The notes under the pieces were generated by a model. It worked only from the letters and a program-made list of their open reading frames with translations. It was not told the DNA's origin and did not search any database. This document shows positions 37,444 through 44,237 of a stretch of 44,237 nucleotides of DNA, in pieces (positions within the stretch are counted from its first letter, which is position 1; the number at the start of each line of letters is the position of its first letter). Both the position numbers and the translations under genes were made by a program. This DNA comes from a virus. Taxonomy: Duplodnaviria > Caudoviricetes. The DNA lies in IMG/VR virus record IMGVR_UViG_3300008255_000197, positions 1 through 44,237 of that record. One strand, written 5' to 3'.

Positions 37444-37444
37444 G

Positions 37445-39190
37445 TCATGCCTCCCAAATCTTGAACCTGGGCTTCTGCCCCAGGTCCGTGGTGTATGTGT
37501 TGTTTCCCCCACCATAGGCTTGCAAGGTACGAAGGAGCGGAACCATGCGCCCAACAATCGCGCAAGATTCCTGAATTGTCGCGTCCGCCAACATCTCATC
37601 CGCCATGGTCTGGCTTTCGTGGCCAGGATTCATCCCCCGAGCCGAACCTCCCTTGCTTCCCGACTTCCCGGTAGATCCGGGCCGAGACGGGACGCCTTCC
37701 GTACCTTTCTTGTTCACCCGGAAAGGAACCTTAGACCCGGCAAACTTGGGCGGCTCGCCCATCAACTCCGGGTGCTCCTCCAGGTACTCCGTCACAGAAG
37801 AAGCCTCCTCACGACTCAAGTCCAGCGCCGGGGACAAAACCTTCGAGACCAAAAACTTGGGGGGTAGCATTTGCCGAAGGGTCGTCGCAATCTGCGCAAG
37901 CGCCAAGCGCATATTCACGCGGACCATCTCATCCGAAGCGCCCATGAAGGGGAACGTGTAGCTCAAAACCACACTGTCCGTATCCATATTGGCGGCGGCG
38001 AGGACCACACGGTAGTAGAAGTCCAGCCCGCGCTTGAGGTCCTGCTGTAGATGGCGAATGGCGCGAGCGAAGCCCATGGAGGCCCCCTCTTGAGCCGCGC
38101 GACCGCTCTCATCGGGGAAACCAAGCATGGTCTTGTTCCCCTTGATGCCGACGACAAACTTGTCGTGCATATACTTGAGCGCCGCCACGTCGAAACGAAA
38201 CGCAGAACCCTGTCCCATGACTTCTACGTCATGGTCCGCACCTCGCGCACCAACCGGAAGCCAAATGTCCCGCGATTGCGTCATGGGGTTGAACCGGGAG
38301 GAGATACGCCCCTCCGAATCCACCTCGTAGGTGGAGGAGACCTGAGACCGGAACGTCTCCATGAATTGCTGACGAAGGTTCTCGTCCGTGATGCCCTTGG
38401 TGTCCACCTTCCACTTGTACTTCACGAAGGCCCGTTCCACCCAGGCGACCACCATCATATCTTCCATGAGCTTCATCTGGGTATAGGTGGCCCTAGCCCC
38501 CTGGAAGATGGAAGTTCCGTATCGTGTCCTTCGATCCGGGCGATAGGCGAAATGAACTATTTGCCACGGCTTGAAAGTGGCGATTGGTGGGGCGTGCGGG
38601 CTAAGGGACTGAATATAGGGGGCCATCGGATCAGGTTCTCCGAGGGAATTCCAGTTAATCCGCATACTTTCTTGCGGGCGATACTCCAGGCCCGTAATTC
38701 CTTGGCCCGGAGACGCCACCGCCTCTTCAAAGTCATCCCCCCGGGTCACCGCCTGAAAGGCGATGGGCCAGATGTCCTCGCGGATTCTTGTGGCGGTGTC
38801 CGCCGCTTGTACCGCCGCCTGCGCTCGCTTGGTTCCCCGCTGATTCTTGCTGGTCACTTCTACGGCGTAGCAAGAGCCCGCCGAATCCACCGAACGCTTC
38901 TCCGTCTGGAGAGCCGCATCGCACAACGACTCCGCGACCAACATGGTCTCGGGGGTGTCGTTGAGCATGTTCTGGTACGTTTCGTACCGCTTCGTTCGGC
39001 GCTCGTCATGGGCGACGAGATCGTAGTACCACGTCCCCAACGCCCCCCCGTGAGCGCCATAATACCCCCGAGCCGTTCGGCGCGACAACACCGAATCCAG
39101 CTCGTTCCGCAACTGCCGATTGTGTATCTTTTGGATCAGCGCATGATCCGTATTGAACCGCAGATCCCCGAATAGCTTTGAAGAGGCCAT
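37445..39190 (-). CDS. portal protein, T4 gp20-like
   Basis: IVHF, YGTSI, QMKLMEDMMVVAWVERA, DIWLP, DVAALKYMHDKF correspond to gp20-family motifs; directly after TerL. Confidence 0.85.
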   Translation of the reverse strand: MASSKLFGDLRFNTDHALIQKIHNRQLRNELDSVLSRRTARGYYGAHGGALGTWYYDLVAHDERRTKRYETYQNMLNDTPETMLVAESLCDAALQTEKRSVDSAGSCYAVEVTSKNQRGTKRAQAAVQAADTATRIREDIWPIAFQAVTRGDDFEEAVASPGQGITGLEYRPQESMRINWNSLGEPDPMAPYIQSLSPHAPPIATFKPWQIVHFAYRPDRRTRYGTSIFQGARATYTQMKLMEDMMVVAWVERAFVKYKWKVDTKGITDENLRQQFMETFRSQVSSTYEVDSEGRISSRFNPMTQSRDIWLPVGARGADHDVEVMGQGSAFRFDVAALKYMHDKFVVGIKGNKTMLGFPDESGRAAQEGASMGFARAIRHLQQDLKRGLDFYYRVVLAAANMDTDSVVLSYTFPFMGASDEMVRVNMRLALAQIATTLRQMLPPKFLVSKVLSPALDLSREEASSVTEYLEEHPELMGEPPKFAGSKVPFRVNKKGTEGVPSRPGSTGKSGSKGGSARGMNPGHESQTMADEMLADATIQESCAIVGRMVPLLRTLQAYGGGNNTYTTDLGQKPRFKIWEA

Positions 39191-39198
39191 GAGAGTTT

Positions 39199-39216
39199 AG
39201 TTACTACGTTGTAATC
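39199..39216. repeat. dispersed palindrome copy 13 (AGTTACTACGTTGTAATC)
   Basis: Overlaps the TerL TGA; 8 nt before the portal ATG. Confidence 0.9.
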
Positions 39217-41107
39217 AGTTGTGGAACGCCTTGTTGTAATGTCGATCCATCAAATCGTCTACCGTAGAAACAGGACGAACGCCCCGAGACGTGTCCACCC
39301 ACAGCAGATTAGATCCGCTGCGGGCCATGGAGGCGATCCGTCCTGGCGCGTTCATCTCCAGAAGCGACTTGAGGTTATCCGGTATTTGATCGGGCGCGTT
39401 TGGCAACAACTGCTGGTTGATAACGTCGGAGTAATCGTACCCCCGGTCAATTCGAGCCGCCAGCAAATCGTAGGAAGTCGCATGAAAACAGTGCGAATCC
39501 CGGCGCTCGCGATAGATGAAACAGGGCACTTTTCGGGAGTCGTCATACACCCGAACCAATGCCGTCATCTGCTTGAAGAAGTCCCCCCCGAGCAGGGCAT
39601 CGGCGTTTCTCGGCAAAAGGTCCGACCCACGCAAGATGCTCTGCGTGGTGTCGTCCAGCAACTCCGTCCGGCCCACCGTGATGGTGGAGATGCCGTCCTC
39701 CTCCTTGACCTTGTACCCCGAAATATTCTCCGCCTTGCTGTACTCCACCATCATGGCCCGTCCGTACCAACGTTGACAGAACGCCTTGGCCGAGGCTCGC
39801 TCGGGCAAAGAGTCCACAACGGCCAGTCGAACACCGAACACCTTCATCAGCATGTCCAGACCCGGCATACCGGGCTCCATCGGAACCTCCAACATCGCAA
39901 TCAATCGACGGATTCCGGTCGAGTAGTCCGAGATCCGCACATGGAGGCGGCGAGTGCCTACGTCCACACCCATCGTAGTTCCTGTTGCCGTCAGAGGAGC
40001 GTCATACGGCTTCAGCTCCGTGAGCTTGCGAAGCTCTGTCTCTGTCAACTCGTACCCCGAGGAGGTGAACGCCAACCCCAAGTAGGAGTTGTAAAAGTTC
40101 CTCATCTTCGTGGCGTTGCCCAGAGACTGGAAGAACATGATCGCCAAGTCACGAGACTTGTACCGCGTAAACAACTTGGAAAACTCATATCCATGGGTTG
40201 TTCGACTAGGGAACTCGGCTGACCAATCGCCCGCCGCCAGACGATCTTTAGGCTTCCCACAGAAGGGACAATAGCACCGCAACTCTGTCCCAGATTCGGG
40301 CGTCCAGTCAGGGTCCAAAGGCTCGAAGTCGCCCTCGTCCACTTGCCGCACGAAGTCTCGATGCCAGTCGAGCGTTTCACTCCGCCGACAATGCCCGCAT
40401 GGAACGCGGTAGCGAAGCTGATCGCTCTCTTGGTACTTGAGGTCGATACCCACCCCTTCAATGGTGGGATTCCCACAAAGCCGGGTCCAGACATCCCCTT
40501 CGTTCTCTTCCGACGCCAGACGGTCGAACGCCATGGGCAAGTACCCCGGAATCTCCGACTCGTCGTACTCGTCAATGACGAGTACCTTGGCCGGAAATTC
40601 CTTGAAGTATTCCCCCATCTGCGCCCCCACATACCGAATAACACCCGAGCCAAAGTGCTTCTGGCTCATGTTCTGAGAGGAGCCGTCCGCCCCCCGAGAC
40701 ATCTTCCGATAGTGCTCAGAACGCTTGATTGTCTTATCGACACGGTTCTGAACATACAGGTTTTTTAGGGTATTATTCGGCATTACGTAGATTACAGGAC
40801 GGCCCTCTTCGGCGTGCCAAAGGGTCTCGCACGTCAACTCCTCCGTCTTACCAGATTGCACACAACCCTTGTTCACCCGATGGTTTTCCAGGTGGGCGCG
40901 TTCCCACCAACGACGCGCATATGGACGCCGCCTGAGATCCACCTTCTTTCCGTTCTCACAGACATGATTCAGATGGGCATAGCCGACCAGCTCATGGTTG
41001 GCGTAGTACCCGAGCAAGGCGGCACCCTCTGGATCTTCTCTCTCGAAAGCAGAGAGCTGGTCTTGCAGATCCACCTCGCGCTGGAACAGGCTCTTGGGCT
41101 GAGACAT
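39215..41107 (-). CDS. terL: terminase large subunit, lambda gpA-type
   Basis: Walker A KGCVQSGKTE, Walker B VLVIDEYDE, coupling GNPT, CGHC..CPFCG Zn motif, FYNSYLG, nuclease MGVDVG. Confidence 0.92.
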   Translation of the reverse strand: MSQPKSLFQREVDLQDQLSAFEREDPEGAALLGYYANHELVGYAHLNHVCENGKKVDLRRRPYARRWWERAHLENHRVNKGCVQSGKTEELTCETLWHAEEGRPVIYVMPNNTLKNLYVQNRVDKTIKRSEHYRKMSRGADGSSQNMSQKHFGSGVIRYVGAQMGEYFKEFPAKVLVIDEYDESEIPGYLPMAFDRLASEENEGDVWTRLCGNPTIEGVGIDLKYQESDQLRYRVPCGHCRRSETLDWHRDFVRQVDEGDFEPLDPDWTPESGTELRCYCPFCGKPKDRLAAGDWSAEFPSRTTHGYEFSKLFTRYKSRDLAIMFFQSLGNATKMRNFYNSYLGLAFTSSGYELTETELRKLTELKPYDAPLTATGTTMGVDVGTRRLHVRISDYSTGIRRLIAMLEVPMEPGMPGLDMLMKVFGVRLAVVDSLPERASAKAFCQRWYGRAMMVEYSKAENISGYKVKEEDGISTITVGRTELLDDTTQSILRGSDLLPRNADALLGGDFFKQMTALVRVYDDSRKVPCFIYRERRDSHCFHATSYDLLAARIDRGYDYSDVINQQLLPNAPDQIPDNLKSLLEMNAPGRIASMARSGSNLLWVDTSRGVRPVSTVDDLMDRHYNKAFHN

Positions 41108-42108
41108 CAGTTGTCGTCCTCTTCGTCATCGTCATCCTCAAAGGACTCCGAGGAGGCGCCAGACGCTGAAGGTGTCGGGAGCGGTGGGGTAACGTCTTTG
41201 GCTGTCTCCTCCACCGGCCCGAGGAGTTCCAAAGAGCTGATACGAAACCGACCCTTTCGATCTTTGATGAGCGCAGCCAGCTTCGTCAAGTTGTCGTCGT
41301 ACATGTCTCCCGTGACCGACATCTCGGTACTGGGGTTCCGACCACCAGCTCCCGCCTTGTCCAGGTACTGAAGCTCTCGCAGGAACTTTAGGGCCTGGAG
41401 GATGTTGCCTTGAATCGCCGTAACAGCGGCCCACGCCGGGCCACTCTGTTTGACTTTTTGACGCGACCGGCTACCGCCCCTGCGTCCCGATCCAATTACT
41501 TCGTCGTTATCGGAATCTTCATGAAGAGGCTTCTCCGTCTCCGTCTGGACGTGCCCCATCAACGCCACTTCCAGGGTGCGATGGAGCTTGGCGATATAGA
41601 TGTTGGTAGCGTCCACCAGAGTCAAGTAAGCGTGCTTTTGATCCACCGGACGTTCGAGGCGCTGTTCCTCGAAGTCCCGAATCATCTGCACATCTTTCTT
41701 GATGATGTGCTTCGTCTCCCCCATCCGCGCCTCGATGTCCTCCAATGAATACCCGGCATACATCATCTCGCGAACCACGCGACGACGTTCCAGGCGCCAC
41801 GCCATGTAGTCTTCCCGAGGCCCGCCCTTCAACGGCTTACTCTTTCGCAACCGATAAAGGATTCGAGTCAACTCCGCCTCGTCGGGGGACACCACGGGCG
41901 AGGTCATGGCGAGAAGCGTTCGCCCGCCCAAAAACTCCAAAACGGAACGATCCGCCTTCTTGGGAAGCGTTATGCCCTTCTCGCGCTGAAGGTTTCGACG
42001 CTGCTTATCCAGCACCGCCTGTTCTTTCTTCTTTCGGGATAGCTCTGATCTAACGCGGCGAGCCTTTGCCAGACGCATGCAGGCTACCGCCCTGTTGCTG
42101 AATTCCAT
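41107..42108 (-). CDS. putative terminase small subunit (HTH)
   Basis: TGATG-coupled to TerL; HTH-like GYSLEDIEARMGETKHIIKKDV; start re-called at ATG 42108 (MEFSNR). Confidence 0.6.
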   Translation of the reverse strand: MEFSNRAVACMRLAKARRVRSELSRKKKEQAVLDKQRRNLQREKGITLPKKADRSVLEFLGGRTLLAMTSPVVSPDEAELTRILYRLRKSKPLKGGPREDYMAWRLERRRVVREMMYAGYSLEDIEARMGETKHIIKKDVQMIRDFEEQRLERPVDQKHAYLTLVDATNIYIAKLHRTLEVALMGHVQTETEKPLHEDSDNDEVIGSGRRGGSRSRQKVKQSGPAWAAVTAIQGNILQALKFLRELQYLDKAGAGGRNPSTEMSVTGDMYDDNLTKLAALIKDRKGRFRISSLELLGPVEETAKDVTPPLPTPSASGASSESFEDDDDEEDDN

Positions 42109-42308
42109 ACCAAGAAGATATCCGAACGGAAAAAAAAGGACAGCACACCATGAACACGACACGAGAACCCATGTTCGAGATCCAGAACCCCGCCGCCGAC
42201 CCCACCGACGACAAGGAAAATGAGGAGGTCCCCACGCCCGGCGCCACCCCCGCCCCCAGTCCGAATTCCCCACCACCCACCCCCCTTCCTACAAAGGAGA
42301 CTTCTGCG

Positions 42309-42809
42309 ATGAACCGAACCCCCTTCCTGCTCACCGTCTTTTCGATCCTCCTGATCGGCGCCTTCCTTCTTCCCGCACCGGCCATGGCCCAGGGCACCAC
42401 CATCATCGGCCCGATCACCGTCCCCGCCAATTCGACGGTCACCCTACCCAACACTTCCGCGCTCTCCCGGCCAGACATGATCCACAGTGCTCAGCTCACG
42501 GTAGTCCGGACTTCCGGCTCCGTCAGCGTGGCTCTCCCCACCACCATGGTCGTGAGGTTCGGGCTCAACCTTCAGGCCAGCACCGCCACGAAGCCGGTGA
42601 CTGGAGCCTTCACGTTCCACAACTTCGTCGGACGAAACGGCCCCACGGGCTCGACGAACCAGGCCAACACCTACTCGTCTTCGGCGCCGAGCGCACTCAC
42701 CACCCGCTGGTTCTTCCCGATCACCATGCCCAGGGCAACATGGAGCCTGCCGCAGTTCAGCAACCCGACCACCCACCCTTCGACGGCCATACTGATCCTT
42801 CAACACTGA
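42309..42809 (+). CDS. secreted beta-rich hypothetical protein
   Basis: AAGGAG RBS before ATG 42309; signal peptide ..LLPAPAMA/QG; Thr-rich; followed by a terminator. Confidence 0.7.
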   Translation: MNRTPFLLTVFSILLIGAFLLPAPAMAQGTTIIGPITVPANSTVTLPNTSALSRPDMIHSAQLTVVRTSGSVSVALPTTMVVRFGLNLQASTATKPVTGAFTFHNFVGRNGPTGSTNQANTYSSSAPSALTTRWFFPITMPRATWSLPQFSNPTTHPSTAILILQH

Positions 42810-42833
42810 TCGCCCGTCGTTCAACACAACAGG

Positions 42834-42863
42834 AAACCCGGCCATGGGGCCGGGTTTTTCTTT
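42834..42863 (+). terminator. Rho-independent terminator
   Basis: AAACCCGGCC-ATGG-GGCCGGGTTT followed by TTCTTT. Confidence 0.8.
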
Positions 42864-42883
42864 GCCTTCAGAACTATTCAACC

Positions 42884-43780
42884 ATGAAAGAAAAGAATCT
42901 CGGTCTGCTCCGTTGGGCAGGCGGCAAAACCCAAGACCTTCCCCGACTCCGCTACCTATTCCCCGCCAACTTCAACAACTACCTAGAACCCTTCGTTGGG
43001 GGCGGGGCGGTGTTTTTCTTTCTTAGATCCTGCGGGTACAACAAAAAGGCAATATTGAACGACTCCAACGAGGAACTAATCGCAACCTACCAAAACCTAA
43101 GAGACAACCCCCGACAAATCTTCCACGCGCTGAAGCAAATAGAAAGCCGAAGTGAAGGCCGGGAAGAAGCCCTATACTATGAAACGCGGGACGACTTCAA
43201 CAAACACCTGAGCAGCAGGACGGTTTCCCAAGCCGCACGCTTTCTGGCATTGAACAAGAACAACTTCAACGGTCTCTATCGCGTCAACCGAAAGGGATTC
43301 TTCAACGCCCCGTGGGGGAGATGCGCCCCCTTCCGACGCCCATCGAAGGCCCGACTCCTTCAGGTCTCGTCCGCGCTCCAGAACACACAGCTCCTGAGCA
43401 TGGACTTCGAGGCGTGCCTTCACCAATATGCCAAGCCCGGAGACTTCGTGTACCTCGACCCACCTTACTGCACCCAAGGGGATACCTCCGACTTCACTGC
43501 GTACAGCAAGGCCGGATTCACCGGGTTTGATCAAGTCCGACTTCGGGACGCCATGCACACCGCCCACAAATCGGGCGTCCAGCTACTACAAAGTAACGCA
43601 AATACGGAAACCACCCAACGCCTTTACAACGGCGGGTGGTGCGATATCTGGGTGGGGGCAGAGCCGACGCGGCGTGCCATCGGCCCCACAGCAGAAGGAC
43701 GGCACACGGTGCACGATCTAATAATTGCCGCTCGATACATGACCATAGGACAATTCCTCTTCCGCCGCATCGACTACTAA
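42884..43780 (+). CDS. dam: DNA adenine methyltransferase, Dam/D12 class
   Basis: LRWAGGK, YLEPFVGGGAVFF, FNGLYRVNRKGFFNAPWG, FVYLDPPY; start re-called at ATG 42884. No cognate restriction enzyme in the window. Confidence 0.9.
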   Translation: MKEKNLGLLRWAGGKTQDLPRLRYLFPANFNNYLEPFVGGGAVFFFLRSCGYNKKAILNDSNEELIATYQNLRDNPRQIFHALKQIESRSEGREEALYYETRDDFNKHLSSRTVSQAARFLALNKNNFNGLYRVNRKGFFNAPWGRCAPFRRPSKARLLQVSSALQNTQLLSMDFEACLHQYAKPGDFVYLDPPYCTQGDTSDFTAYSKAGFTGFDQVRLRDAMHTAHKSGVQLLQSNANTETTQRLYNGGWCDIWVGAEPTRRAIGPTAEGRHTVHDLIIAARYMTIGQFLFRRIDY

Positions 43781-43995
43781 GGTTTCGGGGGGAGAGTCCA
43801 GATCAAGCGTGGGGCGCTACACCCGCGCTTCTTGTGACGTGCCCGGCAAGTCGCGCACAAAAGGGCGGCATGACACTTGGGGCAAATCTTCGCGGGAGGA
43901 GATGATTCCACAACACCACCGCACTCCCGACACAGAAAGCCTCGCCCCGCACAAGTGGGGCAGCGACGATACGGCATGTACTTTTCAAGGGGCAT
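43777..43995 (-). CDS. small Zn-finger-like protein
   Basis: CPTCAGRG..CRECG..CPKC..CATC; probable start 43995 or 43977. Confidence 0.55.
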   Translation of the reverse strand: MPLEKYMPYRRCPTCAGRGFLCRECGGVVESSPPAKICPKCHAALLCATCRARHKKRGCSAPRLIWTLPPKP

Positions 43996-44004
43996 TGAGT
44001 TACC

Positions 44005-44022
44005 AGTTACTACGGAGTAATC
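44005..44022. repeat. dispersed palindrome copy 14 (AGTTACTACGGAGTAATC)
   Basis: Contains tandem TAG TAA stops of the partial upstream ORF; 9 nt before ATG 43995. Confidence 0.85.
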
Positions 44023-44237
44023 AACCTCGACGTGCGGTCCCGCCAGTAGACCTTGACTTCTTCTACAGCGAGACGATACTCCAACCCATACGCCGCTTCG
44101 CCGCCGCCGATGTATCTGTAGGATCGAAGAAGCCTTCGCATGGTCCGGCGAGGAAGGCCAGAAAGACATGCCGCGCACATGGGCGAATTGGGGTGAATCG
44201 GAACGGGGCTGTCATGCGGCCCCCAGCAAATCCGAAC
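44010..44237 (-). CDS. hypothetical protein, probably 5'-truncated by window
   Basis: Hand-translated frame open to the window end: ..CWGPH..MCAACLSGLPRRTMRRLLRSY..EVKVYWRDRTSRLITP*. Not in the supplied ORF track. Confidence 0.45.
   Translation of the reverse strand, partial: VRICWGPHDSPVPIHPNSPMCAACLSGLPRRTMRRLLRSYRYIGGGEAAYGLEYRLAVEEVKVYWRDRTSRLITP

Noticed and set aside
13977-40222. Long plus-strand ORFs (e.g. 13977..14981, 26456..27634, 29336..30433, 34287..35297, 35294..36589, 38051..39175, 39221..40222)
   Set aside because: Antisense shadows of GC3-biased structural genes; no motifs or RBS.
35162-42883. Longest-ORF starts in the supplied track (36706, 37599, 42276, 42150, 42740; also 4338 and 2924)
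   Set aside because: Downstream ATGs have better RBS, signal-peptide or overlap support, and the extensions overlap neighbouring genes or terminators.

Overview
A GC-rich segment of a tailed dsDNA phage or prophage (siphovirus-like) with no host genes. Positions ~2358-42108 form one long minus-strand late region. In transcription order it carries a TerS-like gene, a lambda-gpA-type TerL, a T4-like head module (gp20-like portal, gp21-like protease fused to a scaffold, gp23-like capsid), neck genes, tail tube, a tail chaperone with a -1 frameshift, a 2545-aa tape measure, a DUF6527-like gene, lambda/GTA-type tail-tip genes and two fibres. It ends in an extended lysis region with two stand-alone CheY-like receiver proteins, several signal-peptide proteins, an M15 endolysin, a holin-like gene and spanin-like genes. 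The flanks hold an Rnl2-family RNA ligase (truncated by the window), small Cys-rich ORFs, a secreted protein and a Dam-like methylase. The strongest unexplained signal is a dispersed 18-bp palindrome (RR-TTAC-YACRAA-GTAA-YY) present 14 times at roughly 3-kb spacing, 12 of them at gene junctions or just upstream of a start codon. Other leads are the receiver-domain pair in the lysis operon, the DUF6527-like gene in the tail module and a ~55-aa beta module repeated across four tail-tip proteins. All product calls come from motif recognition by eye and synteny; no database searches were run.
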